A stretch of DNA of 41,900 nucleotides from a virus (lineage: Duplodnaviria > Caudoviricetes): the IMG/VR virus record IMGVR_UViG_3300024909_000001, positions 1 through 41,900 of that record. One strand, given 5' to 3'. Both the position numbers and the translations under genes were made by a program. The notes under the pieces were generated by a model that was not told the origin of the DNA, did not search any database, and was given only the letters and a program-made list of their open reading frames with translations. Positions 8,601-16,993 of the stretch are shown here, piece after piece (the first letter of the stretch is position 1; every line of letters begins with the position of its first letter).

Positions 8601-9854
8601 GATATGAGCCAGATCCTTGGCAGGCATGACCTCGATGTTGTAGGCATTGGCGCGGTTCTGGTACTCGACGCGCACATGGTTGTACGCATCCTCATTCACG
8701 CGCGGCGTGATCTTGATGCGGGGCTCGTTGCCATCGCCGAGGAAGTCGCCCGCCACCAGGTCGTACACCGGCGTGGTGTTGGGTGTGAAGGTTGCGCCGT
8801 TCGCCGTCTTGGCTTCGTCGCCCAGCGGAATGACCTTGAGCTGCAGGGCGCTCCAGACCACATCACTGTTGGTGAGCTTGAGCCAGCTCTTCAGGGTGTC
8901 GGCCGCGGCCGTTTGCTCGAGCATGGCCGGGCTCATAAAGAGGCCGTGGCTGATGCAGTAGTTGCTGTACTCGGTGAGGTCGCCCATCTTGGCCGAAGGC
9001 CACAGGCAGCCGCGCAAGCCATCGGTCAGGAATTCGCGCACCACCACGGCCATATTGGCGTCGACGATCGAGCTGCTGAACTCGCTGGGGGTTGAGACCT
9101 CGAAGTTGTGGTTGTCCACCTGGGCCGTGCTGGTCAACTCGTAGTTGGTGGCATAGACGTAGGCGAGCCCGCTGTAGCCGATGGCTTCGGTGGAATGGTT
9201 CGCCGTCAGGTGGCTCCAGACGGGCTGGCCCAGCGTGCCGGTGGCGAGATTGAGGCCCAGCGGCGCCAGCGCTGAGGTGGCGGTACCGCTCTCCTGCACC
9301 TGGTAGGTGATGTCGACCTCCACCCCCACCCAGGCCATGCCGAAGATATAGGTGCCGGCCGTGCAGCTGTAGGCCGCGCCCTCGGGCAGCACCCCGGCGC
9401 CGTAGCCCGCCGACTCGTTTTCCACCATGGAGACCGAGGCGTTGCGCACCCAGGTCGCCGCATCGGGCACGGTGATCGCGTTGCTGCCGGCCGGCACGGT
9501 GGCGCGGTAGGTGGAGGTGCGGGTGCGCGTGGTGACGGTTTGCCCGGTGAAACGCTCCTTGCCCTTCCAGGCGCTCACGATGCCGTTCACCGGGCCCGCG
9601 CACAGCGCCATAGCCACGGCGGCCTCGTAGGTGTAGCTGGTGCGTTCCTGCTTGACGCCACCGCCACCCTTGCCGCCGCTCTCGGTGGTCTCGGTGTGTG
9701 GAATGGCCTTGAAATCGCCGTACCAGAGCAGGTTGCCGGGGATGCGCGGCCGGCCCCACAGCAGGCCCACGGTGAGGCCATAGGAGCTGGTCTGGACCTG
9801 GATGCCGCCCAGCTTGGGGTCGGCACTGCTCAGGGTGCTGCGCTTGCCGCTCAT
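5640..9854 (-). CDS. Tail tip / host-specificity protein (gpJ-like / GTA-like) with collagen-like linker and Gly-rich C-terminal fibre region
   Basis: 1404 aa. N-terminal YG..RIPGNLLWYGDF...GGKGGG motif; GPT repeats at about 7000-7052; follows the NlpC/P60 and DUF2163-like genes. Confidence 0.88.
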   Translation of the reverse strand: MSGKRSTLSSADPKLGGIQVQTSSYGLTVGLLWGRPRIPGNLLWYGDFKAIPHTETTESGGKGGGGVKQERTSYTYEAAVAMALCAGPVNGIVSAWKGKERFTGQTVTTRTRTSTYRATVPAGSNAITVPDAATWVRNASVSMVENESAGYGAGVLPEGAAYSCTAGTYIFGMAWVGVEVDITYQVQESGTATSALAPLGLNLATGTLGQPVWSHLTANHSTEAIGYSGLAYVYATNYELTSTAQVDNHNFEVSTPSEFSSSIVDANMAVVVREFLTDGLRGCLWPSAKMGDLTEYSNYCISHGLFMSPAMLEQTAAADTLKSWLKLTNSDVVWSALQLKVIPLGDEAKTANGATFTPNTTPVYDLVAGDFLGDGNEPRIKITPRVNEDAYNHVRVEYQNRANAYNIEVMPAKDLAHIEQFGERVMEVIKAHEIKTPEVASFVAQMELQRQMAVWNTYSFQVAWTKARLEPLDLVTLTDADLYLDRLPVRITKVTEVDTDSFEIEAEDAPIGHASAPLYGAQAGSGYALDFNAAPGNALTPVIFEAPGVLTTTGLELMVATAGTNPLWGGCQVWASYDGSNYQQIGEVRGGSRFGQLTAAVGADVQLQVNGGQLHSGSAADLAALATLCYVGGASPEYLAYQTATLTSANHYTLTTLARGAYGSTVDAHAIGDAFVRVDNAVARSGPLDASLVGTTVYIKLTSFNVFGGGQQSLADVSPVTYTITGAFIEPVSGSFSLRATAQAFTYDGTGVASPATQTITFKISPTLASPATFVATLYNASGTSLGTVTLGGTGNVRTLTDTQFGVAAYCVVSATQGSLSDQVTVVRLRDGSDALIGFLTNESSTVAADAFGTVASWAGTGGEFKVWRGATEVPDASVTFSVQAASGVTISINSAGVYSVSAMSADTGSATLRAVVGSVTVDKVYNIAKSKAGSQGPTGPTGPTGPTGGDGPAGTRTADAKVYAWALTIPAGPTGTSTYTWASGALSAAPSGWTLSPGAPTPGWTLWVATVHLSNNSTSTADTVNWTGASITSQGAAGATGLSAKMAYTVLASGTTLGTGTRTSTGASSVPAANAWGGGETWVSAAPAYASNQTVWQANGSYDATSNTTTWDSPYISALKVGQISAISANLGTITAGDITGVTVTGSLIRTATSGRSIQLNEGGGNTLRVYGDIGAGVEKLVELGQVGSGSYGLGTTLVKIGKNTSPADGIVVNSYGGWGVFAASVTGSGVYGYSNSAKGVWGVCDGGGVAVMAEASGGAVGLYAKSSVATSPAIKVDGGGTFALDGQAHDPYGAVSVTRSTASNWGYYGMVRSGQYAMGIGIDTTNLFFVGALTSGHNGVLTGSPFFTAGVPGLRVTAGFGCNGKTPQGAYGVPGAAAADIDSVRYVLNEIRQALINNGICV

Positions 9855-10330
9855 GCTGCGGGCTCCTCTTGGCGTTCAATCAGGGCGTGGAGGCGATAGC
9901 GCAGCGCTGGGCGCGCCATCAGCTCGGCTTCATCGAGCTGGCCCCACACCACCGCGCGCGCCTGGCGCAGCGCGTGAATGATGGGCGCCTGCGGACCCGT
10001 GCCCATGACGATGGCGGCATGGCTGTAGGTGCGGCCATACCTCCAGGCCACCACGTCGCCCACTTCCGGCTGACCATCGAGCTGCAGCTCGGCGTACTGC
10101 TCCAGCCAGCCTAGGTAGCGCTCTTCGCTGCGGTGCAGATGCCAGTCGGGCGTGTAGGGCCGGGGGTCCAGCTCGGCCGGGACCAGGCCCAAGGTGGCGA
10201 ACACGCGCACCAGCAGCATGGCGCAGTCGACCCCGGCTCCCTTCACGTCGCCCAGGTGGTGATACGGCGTCTTGAGCCAGCTGCTGGCCTCGGCGGCGAT
10301 GGCGGCGCGGATATCGGCGTGCGAATTCAT
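9851..10330 (-). CDS. NlpC/P60 tail-associated peptidase (gpK-like)
   Basis: WLKTPYHH...GVDC...HAAI motifs. Confidence 0.9.
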   Translation of the reverse strand: MNSHADIRAAIAAEASSWLKTPYHHLGDVKGAGVDCAMLLVRVFATLGLVPAELDPRPYTPDWHLHRSEERYLGWLEQYAELQLDGQPEVGDVVAWRYGRTYSHAAIVMGTGPQAPIIHALRQARAVVWGQLDEAELMARPALRYRLHALIERQEEPAA

Positions 10331-11184
10331 GTGGCCACCTCAGGCGCGGGGATGTAGGGCTGGCCGCGGAAGCGCAGCAGGTTGGCAAACTTCGTTTGAC
10401 ACGTACCCTTCTCGCCATCGCAGCCGGGATAGACCGAGAAGGCATCGCCCGCTTCGAAGGGGAACGGGAATGGCAGCGCGAAGCTGAAGGTGCCGCCGGC
10501 ATAGGAGCGCACAGTGCGCGAGACGCCCGCGTTTGCACCAGAAGTGAAGCGGAGCACCCCTTGCTCGAAGTAGCCTGCCGCCTCAGTGCGATCGCTCGTG
10601 AAGGCGCTGGGGCCCGTGAAGGCGGCGCCCGTGCACGTACCGGTGACGGTGTAGACGGCCCTGCTCTTGCCGCAGCCCGCGTCGTACAGCGTGTTCAGGC
10701 AGGTGGCCTGGAACACATCGCGCGGCATCATGATCAGCAAGCGCTCCAGCTCGCTCTTGACCTGCAGGGTGATGGTAGTGGCGTCGAAGCCGGTGGGCGA
10801 GCCGCTGCCCTGGAATTTGGGCATCACGCCCTTGAAGGCGAGCTGCTCGTCGAAGTAGGCCCATTCCAGCAGCACGGTGCAGCCGCGCAGCCCTCCCAGG
10901 CGCGCAAGGCGCAGCAGCGGTACACCGCCGATCAGGTCGGCCGGGCGCGGCGTGATGTCGAGCTGCAGCTCGTCCACCTGGATGCCCGACATGATGCTGA
11001 GCTTGTTGCGCTCAACGAAGGGTCCGCAGGCGAAGCTGCGGCCATCGGGCAGGGTGACGGGCGTGGTGGAGCCGCACCAGCGCAGAACCGTGCCGCTGGT
11101 CAGCGTGAGGGTGTAGAGATCGATACGGATGCACTTGATGGCCGTATCCATCCAGGCCGCGAGCTCGGGTGTGGTGTTGATCAT
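10327..11184 (-). CDS. Tail hub protein (DUF2163 / gpL-like)
   Basis: C-x3-LYD-x2-C and GCD...C..KF.N..RFRG.PYIP Cys motifs. Confidence 0.88.
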   Translation of the reverse strand: MINTTPELAAWMDTAIKCIRIDLYTLTLTSGTVLRWCGSTTPVTLPDGRSFACGPFVERNKLSIMSGIQVDELQLDITPRPADLIGGVPLLRLARLGGLRGCTVLLEWAYFDEQLAFKGVMPKFQGSGSPTGFDATTITLQVKSELERLLIMMPRDVFQATCLNTLYDAGCGKSRAVYTVTGTCTGAAFTGPSAFTSDRTEAAGYFEQGVLRFTSGANAGVSRTVRSYAGGTFSFALPFPFPFEAGDAFSVYPGCDGEKGTCQTKFANLLRFRGQPYIPAPEVAT

Positions 11185-11753
11185 GGGTGGAAGGTCTCGA
11201 ACTCGACTTGCTTGGCCACATAAAGCAGGCGCATGAATTCCTCGAATTCCTGCTCGTGTTTGGTGAAGGCGCAGCGCCAGTAAAAAAGCCCCGTCCAGGT
11301 GAGCACGGCGCCGGCGGCTGGGGCGGTGCCGAAGGTGACCAGGCCGGTGCTGCTGATGGTGACGGTCTGCGTGGTGCCGTCCTTCTTGACGACGGCGGCG
11401 CCGTTGAGGGCATAGACCGGCTCGATGAAGCCGCCCTGCTGACGCACGAGCTGGAACTGCGTGGCGATGCCGTTGCCGATACCGAAGATCTGGTCTTCTG
11501 CCGCGCGATCGTCACGGTCATCGAACAGGAAGTCATCGAGCGCGCCGCGGCGCGCGCGGAAGAAGCCGCTCAACGCATCGAGATCGGCCTTGCGCAGGAA
11601 GCTGTACGCGATCTTGATGAGGTAGGTGGGGTAGAGCTGCTGCGACAACGCATAGCGCCGGCCGTTGGCACGCTTGACGGTGGTGGCCGTGCGGATCACC
11701 TTGACGCGCGGCCAGGCCTGGCCTGCCAGCACCGGATAGATTGCATCTGACAT
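11181..11753 (-). CDS. Distal tail protein (DUF2460-like)
   Basis: FFRARRG..DDFLF and GNG..TQFQL motifs; position after the tape measure gene. Confidence 0.85.
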   Translation of the reverse strand: MSDAIYPVLAGQAWPRVKVIRTATTVKRANGRRYALSQQLYPTYLIKIAYSFLRKADLDALSGFFRARRGALDDFLFDDRDDRAAEDQIFGIGNGIATQFQLVRQQGGFIEPVYALNGAAVVKKDGTTQTVTISSTGLVTFGTAPAAGAVLTWTGLFYWRCAFTKHEQEFEEFMRLLYVAKQVEFETFHP

Positions 11754-11762
11754 GGCAGACCC

Positions 11763-14342
11763 TTAGAGCTTGAAATTGCGCCGCGCGCGCTTGAATGCAG
11801 CCACCAGCTCGTCGTCGCTGATGATGGAGTAGCCGCCGGGCAGGCGCGTGGCGTTGAGCGTCACGGCCAGCTCGCCGCCACCAATGGATTGCCCCGATGC
11901 CGCCATGTCGCCCAGCATGCGGATCGTGTCGGCATGCTTGGCCGGCAAGATCATTTCGCGTGCATGCGTTTGCACCATGGGGTTCATGCCCGCTGGGATG
12001 TCGAACCCCTGCTCGGCACTGAAGATGTGCTTGGCAAACGCGATCACGCCGGCCAGCGCGACGCCGGCAGCCACTGGCGCCAGGACGGGGCCGACATAGG
12101 GAATCCCGGCGATCGCAGCGTAGGCGCCGGCCGCTGCCTCGTAGGCCTTCATGCCGATGGTCTTGAGCGAGGCCGCGCCCTGGATGGCGGTACTTTCCGC
12201 CGCCACCACCGCTTCTGCAGCGACGCGCTGCTTGCCGAACACCCAGGTCATCAGCACCATGCGCGCCTGCCCGACCAACCAGCCCGCGATAGGCTTGGTG
12301 ACCAGCTCGGTGAGCATGATGCTGCCGATCTGCTGCGCCACGCTGCGCAGCCCGCCCAGCGTGACCTTCATATTCGCCACCATGCTGTTCAAGCCCTGTT
12401 CGATGGCCTGTTGGCTGGCACCGAAGATGGATTCAAAGGGCTTGGCCTGCTCGACGGTCTGCTTGCCATCGTTCTCGCTCTTGAGGCCACGGTACTTGCG
12501 GCGGATCGCCAGCAGCTCCGCCTCCAGCTTCTCCAGCGCGACCGGGTCTGCGTTGGGGTTGCCCTTCATGGCGTCGATCTCGCCCTGCTTGGCCTGCTCC
12601 TCGATCTGGCGGCGCATCTCCAGCGCCTGGCGCTGGATCTGCAGCAGCTGCATCTGGGTGATGGTGCCCAGCTCGCGCTCCAGCTCGCTGGCCCGCTCCA
12701 TCGCGGCGATGTCTTCGAGCTGGTCCTCGCGCGAGACCTGGCGGCGGATGTTGTCGATCTCGCGCAGCGATTCGTGGTGCGCGCGGTAGATGCCCTGCAT
12801 GCGCTTCAAGGCGTCCTGGTATTCCTTGCTGTCGCTGCCATAGCGCTGGCGCATGCGGTCGGCATACAGCTCGGCCAGCAGTTCCTGCTCGACGAAGTTG
12901 CCCTTGGCCGCGTCGATGCGCGTGAGCAGCTCGGCCTGTTCAGCCGCGAAATCCTCTTTGCGCAGATCAAGCACCAGGGCGTAGTACTTCTTCTGCACGG
13001 CGAAGCGCTGCTTGTCGGCGGCGCTGAGCGTGCCGAGGATCTCCTGCCAGTAGGCCGCCTCGCGCTCCTTGCCAAACTGGTAGAACGTGCCCTGCTCGGC
13101 CTGCATGCGTTCGTGAGCAACCTTTTGGCGATCCAGCTCGGCCTCCCAGCCCTGCATGCGCTGGTCGCCCTCAGGCGTGGCCCTGAACTTCTTGCCCTGC
13201 TCGTCCTTGGGCGCAGTGGGCGTGGGGGCGGCGAACAGCTGGACGATACGGTCGCGGGTTTCCTCGCTACTCTCGACCATGCTCTTCCAGGCAGCGTCCC
13301 AACGCTGGCCGATGCGATCGGGCCAGCTCATCATCACATCGGCCGCGCCCTTGAAGTCGCCAGTGACCACCTTGTAGAGGCCCTCAGCCAGGGTACGCAG
13401 CGGCTCGGCGATCGAGTAGACGAACGAGTCCAGGATCTCCCACACGATGGCCACGGCGTTCTTCAGGCCCCAGAAGACGGACACCAAGCCTCCGATGGAA
13501 CCCTTGATGACGAGCACCGCCGTGGGCCCCACCGCCGAGAACCATTCCGCCAGCTTGGTGAAGACCGGCATCACGGCATCGCCGATGGCCTTCTGCACCG
13601 CCAGCATTACGTCGCCTACGTCATTCATGGCGGCGCGGTAGCGCTTGTTGGCCTCGACGTTCTCGACGCCCACCACCAGCCCAAGCTCCTGCTGCTTGAT
13701 GCGAGCATCCTCCAGCACCTGGTTGTTGAGCTTGAGCAGACCTCCCAGCTCCTCGGCGCCTTTGCCGAAGGCCGTTTGCATGGCCATGGTGCGGTCGGTG
13801 CCCTCGGCATAGGTGCGCACCACCTTGAACGAGTCCATCAGCAGCTCGTTCATGTTGCGGAAGTTGCCGTTGGCATCGCGCGTCTTGATGCCCATGCCTA
13901 CCAGCGCATCCTCGTTGGTGCGCAGCTGCTTGGCCAGCTTGGAGGCCGCGCTGGTCATCGCGTCGGAGTTGCTGTAGATATCGCCAAGCGCCACATTCAA
14001 GGCCGAGGCCTCGGTGGTGTTGATGCCCAGCGCCTTGGCAAGGCTGTTGGCTTCCTTGGTGAAGCCGGAGGTGGCCTGCACGGATTCCTTGAGTACCGCG
14101 CCGCCGGCCAGCAGCGCGGCCCAGGCCGCGAAGCGCTTGGTGACCGCGCCGATCGCGCCCTCGACCTTGCCCAGGTCGCCCGCCACCTGGCCATGCATGG
14201 CCGAGACGCTGGACGCGATGCCGCTGAACGAGGACTTGACCGTGGCGCTGGCCGCCGCGACGCGCGCGGCGAACGAGTCGACCTCGGCCTTGGCCTGGCC
14301 GGCATTCGCAACGATGTCAACCTTGGCTTGCTGGTCGGACAT
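11763..14342 (-). CDS. Tail tape measure protein (859 aa)
   Basis: Long Ala-rich helical protein downstream of the tail assembly chaperones. Confidence 0.9.
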   Translation of the reverse strand: MSDQQAKVDIVANAGQAKAEVDSFAARVAAASATVKSSFSGIASSVSAMHGQVAGDLGKVEGAIGAVTKRFAAWAALLAGGAVLKESVQATSGFTKEANSLAKALGINTTEASALNVALGDIYSNSDAMTSAASKLAKQLRTNEDALVGMGIKTRDANGNFRNMNELLMDSFKVVRTYAEGTDRTMAMQTAFGKGAEELGGLLKLNNQVLEDARIKQQELGLVVGVENVEANKRYRAAMNDVGDVMLAVQKAIGDAVMPVFTKLAEWFSAVGPTAVLVIKGSIGGLVSVFWGLKNAVAIVWEILDSFVYSIAEPLRTLAEGLYKVVTGDFKGAADVMMSWPDRIGQRWDAAWKSMVESSEETRDRIVQLFAAPTPTAPKDEQGKKFRATPEGDQRMQGWEAELDRQKVAHERMQAEQGTFYQFGKEREAAYWQEILGTLSAADKQRFAVQKKYYALVLDLRKEDFAAEQAELLTRIDAAKGNFVEQELLAELYADRMRQRYGSDSKEYQDALKRMQGIYRAHHESLREIDNIRRQVSREDQLEDIAAMERASELERELGTITQMQLLQIQRQALEMRRQIEEQAKQGEIDAMKGNPNADPVALEKLEAELLAIRRKYRGLKSENDGKQTVEQAKPFESIFGASQQAIEQGLNSMVANMKVTLGGLRSVAQQIGSIMLTELVTKPIAGWLVGQARMVLMTWVFGKQRVAAEAVVAAESTAIQGAASLKTIGMKAYEAAAGAYAAIAGIPYVGPVLAPVAAGVALAGVIAFAKHIFSAEQGFDIPAGMNPMVQTHAREMILPAKHADTIRMLGDMAASGQSIGGGELAVTLNATRLPGGYSIISDDELVAAFKRARRNFKL

Positions 14343-14354
14343 GGAAGGTTGCTT

Positions 14355-14648
14355 TCAGTGGACGGTGCCGCCCGCGGCGGCAAAGTTGGCGATGAACTCG
14401 GCGATCGCCGCCGACTCGTTGGCGGGCTTGAGCGGCTCTCGTTCTTCAGGGCTCTCGATGCCCAGGTAGGCCTGCACCATCTGCTGCAGAGGTGGAGAGC
14501 GCCGCCACTGCCGCTGGAGCGCGGCGTAGCGGTGCAGGTCCATGTGATGCTCGACGTACTCGAACGTCCAGCCGGTGCGGTCGATCACTTCCGCGATCGC
14601 CGCTTGCCAGTCGAAGCACCAGATTGGCTCTCCACCCTGCTCTCCCCC
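14355..14648 (-). CDS. gpGT-like frameshift extension of the tail assembly chaperone
   Basis: The -1 frame is open from the GGGGGAG site (14642-14648) through DWQAAIAEVIDRTGW...PP to the stop at 14355. Confidence 0.7.
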   Translation of the reverse strand, partial: GGEQGGEPIWCFDWQAAIAEVIDRTGWTFEYVEHHMDLHRYAALQRQWRRSPPLQQMVQAYLGIESPEEREPLKPANESAAIAEFIANFAAAGGTVH

Positions 14649-14950
14649 GGCGGTGCCGAGGGGACGCTGTTGGTCATCAAGCGCTGGAAAATCTCCGGAG
14701 CGGTGTCCCAGTCCAGCTCGTCGACCAGCAACTGGCGTGGCATCTCGGGATAGTTGCGAAGCAGCGCCGAGTGAATGACATCGACGAAGGCGTTCTGCAG
14801 CTGCACAGGATCGGTGAAGCTACCCTCGGCGATCTGCTGCATGCGGTGCTTCGAGTTCTCGAAGCCGCCGAAGCTGAGCTTAGGCATGAGGTAATCGACC
14901 CCGCCCAGCGTGACGGGGATGCCCTTGAAGGGCACAGCGGCGGCGCTCAT
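14585..14950 (-). CDS. Tail assembly chaperone (gpG-like)
   Basis: Between the major tail and tape measure genes; ends near a slippery site. Confidence 0.8.
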   Translation of the reverse strand: MSAAAVPFKGIPVTLGGVDYLMPKLSFGGFENSKHRMQQIAEGSFTDPVQLQNAFVDVIHSALLRNYPEMPRQLLVDELDWDTAPEIFQRLMTNSVPSAPPGESRVESQSGASTGKRRSRK

Positions 14951-15705
14951 TGGAATGAGGTCATGGAGATCTCGCCCAGCGCGCCGAGCGAATCGACCTG
15001 GGCGGCGAACGCGAAGTCGGGCATGGAGAAATCTTCGTTCTTGAAGGCGAAGCCCAGGCTTTCGGAGACCAGCGAGTTGAAGATCACCGTCATGGTCTGG
15101 CTCTGGAACTTGTTGACGAAGATGCCGCGGAAGGTGGGCGCTTCGCCGGCCAGCTGATTCTTGATCTGCAGGGTGCTGGCGCCAGCCGCAGTGGTCTTGT
15201 AGAGGTAGCTGAACTTCAGGACGTTCGCGTTTTCCGTGGCGTTGAAGGTGTACACCCCGGTGCTCTCGTTGACCGAGTACTGGAGCGCCGCGGGGGCCGC
15301 GGCGACGCGGGTATAGGCCGCACCGGTGACGCTGTTCTGGACGCCCAGGTCCTCGACGAAGTTGGCGGCATTGGCCACGGTTACCGCGGCAGTGGCAACG
15401 GTGCCCAGCTCATCCAGCGCCAGCAGCTTGGCCTGGGCCAGGATATTGGCGGCCGGCTGTGCGAAGAACACCTCGTTCAGCAGCTTGCCGTTGAAGCGGC
15501 CGGACTTAGCCTTGCCGCTGATGGACTTGGTGCCGGCGCCCACGGCCTCGGCAAACTGGTTCTCGCCCGTGAGGCTTTTATTGCTGGCCTTGAAGTCGAA
15601 GCTGACTTCCTGCAGCGTGGCCACCTGCACAGGGGTGGAGTTGGCGGCGCTGTTCTTGACGAACAGGGCGCCGCTATGGAATGCGATTTGTCCGCGACCG
15701 GCCAT
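14947..15705 (-). CDS. Major tail tube protein
   Basis: 252 aa, beta-rich, strong AGGAG RBS, canonical position. Confidence 0.8.
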   Translation of the reverse strand: MAGRGQIAFHSGALFVKNSAANSTPVQVATLQEVSFDFKASNKSLTGENQFAEAVGAGTKSISGKAKSGRFNGKLLNEVFFAQPAANILAQAKLLALDELGTVATAAVTVANAANFVEDLGVQNSVTGAAYTRVAAAPAALQYSVNESTGVYTFNATENANVLKFSYLYKTTAAGASTLQIKNQLAGEAPTFRGIFVNKFQSQTMTVIFNSLVSESLGFAFKNEDFSMPDFAFAAQVDSLGALGEISMTSFQ

Positions 15706-15717
15706 GATGGGCTCCTG

Positions 15718-15747
15718 AAAGTAGAAAGCCCCGTCAGGCGGGGCTCG
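15718..15747 (-). terminator. Terminator-like hairpin upstream of the major tail gene
   Basis: Minus strand AGCCCCG-cctga-CGGGGCT-TTCTACTTT. Confidence 0.55.
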
Positions 15748-15777
15748 AAGGGTGGGTGATAGAGCAGTGTTGCTGAG

Positions 15778-16224
15778 CTACTGGGACCAGACCTGCAGGG
15801 TGCGCTCGTGCACCAGCACGGTGGCCTCGAAGGTGAGCTCGAAGACGCCGGCCGTACCATCAGCGCCGGCCTTGCGCGGCCGGCTGCTGACGAAGGAGAG
15901 CCGAAGCGCCAGGCCGCCGAGCGAGGGATCGAGCATCAGTGCGGCGTTGGCGTCTCTGATGACAGGATCGGCCAGCGCGGTCTGCGGGTCGCCTCGGGTG
16001 TGCACGGCCAGCGTGAACTGGTAGCGCACCTTGAGGATGTCCCACTCGCCATCGGAGCCATAGACCTCGGCCCGGCTGTCGCCTGGGTTGAGGTTCAGCG
16101 CCGGGCAGTCCTCGCGCTCAAGGGGTGCGGTGCGCTCAACGAAGACGCGCTGCGCCGGCACGCTGGGCAGGGCCTGCTGCGAAGCCAGCGCGGCCTGCAG
16201 GATCTGATGATGGAAGGTGGCCAT
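15778..16224 (-). CDS. Tail terminator protein (gpU-like)
   Basis: Size, position and the ...LMLDPSLGGLA motif. Confidence 0.7.
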   Translation of the reverse strand: MATFHHQILQAALASQQALPSVPAQRVFVERTAPLEREDCPALNLNPGDSRAEVYGSDGEWDILKVRYQFTLAVHTRGDPQTALADPVIRDANAALMLDPSLGGLALRLSFVSSRPRKAGADGTAGVFELTFEATVLVHERTLQVWSQ

Positions 16225-16235
16225 GCGCTACCTCT

Positions 16236-16541
16236 TCAGACCAGCTCGAGCTGGCAGCGGCTGAAATAGCCATCGCCCTGGACCTGCGCCGGCTGCCGAG
16301 CCCGGTAAAGCACCAGGCCGACCTGGATAGGGTCGTGGTGCTTGACCGGCGGCACGGCGGCCGTCTCGTACTCGATCTGGTACTCGGCGCTGATGGCCTC
16401 GTCGCCGAGCACGAGCTGCTCGGGGCGGACCCACTGCACATCGAAGGGCACGGGCGATGCCGAGGCCGGGGCATAGACCGCCGACTCCAGCATGCCCGCG
16501 CTCTTGCAGGCAGCGAACAGCACCTCATGGGGGAAACGCAT
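16236..16541 (-). CDS. Head-tail joining protein (gpFII-like)
   Basis: About 100 aa, beta-rich, ends GDGYFSRCQL; positional evidence. Start could be 16547. Confidence 0.7.
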   Translation of the reverse strand: MRFPHEVLFAACKSAGMLESAVYAPASASPVPFDVQWVRPEQLVLGDEAISAEYQIEYETAAVPPVKHHDPIQVGLVLYRARQPAQVQGDGYFSRCQLELV

Positions 16542-16558
16542 GGCCAACCCCTGCGCGA

Positions 16559-16897
16559 TCAGAACGCGGCGTTCAAGCGCACGCGGGCGGTGGTATCGCC
16601 GTTGGCCTTGGCCTTGGTGATCACACCGACCTTGGTGTTGCCCGCCGACGTGGTGGTGATGCGCTTGGCGGCGTTATCCCAGTAGGCGGCCACCAGCACG
16701 GTGCCGCTGGCGACATCCGTGGACAGCGCGGTGATGTCGAAGACACCCTCGGTCTGCAGCTCGGCGTCCACGGCACCGTTGAGGTAGGCGCCGCAGGCAA
16801 TGCCGAACAGGATGCCGACCAGGCAGCCGTCGCCAGGGCTCAGCGCGTAAGGGGCGGTCACCGTGACGGTGCAACCGGGTTGAACGAAGTTCTTCAT
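16559..16897 (-). CDS. DUF2190-family capsid decoration/cement protein
   Basis: MKNFVQPG...GVF...YWD...VRLN; directly after the capsid gene. Confidence 0.85.
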   Translation of the reverse strand: MKNFVQPGCTVTVTAPYALSPGDGCLVGILFGIACGAYLNGAVDAELQTEGVFDITALSTDVASGTVLVAAYWDNAAKRITTTSAGNTKVGVITKAKANGDTTARVRLNAAF

Positions 16898-16937
16898 GGC
16901 ACAGGTCCTTTCGGTATGGTGTGCTGGATCTGGATGG

Positions 16938-16974
16938 AAAGCGGCCCGCCGGGCGATGCCTGGCGGGCCTGTTG
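16938..16974 (-). terminator. Hairpin after the capsid gene
   Basis: Minus strand GGCCCGCCAGGC-atc-GCCCGGCGGGCC-GCTTT. Confidence 0.5.
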
Positions 16975-16993
16975 GCGGCCGCGGCGCGCTGGT

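Noticed and set aside
7203-9095. Long + strand ORFs opposite structural genes (also 11889-14753, 16457-19171, 23615-25612, 27745-29466)
   Set aside because: Typical antisense shadow ORFs of high-GC coding DNA; the - strand proteins carry the family motifs.
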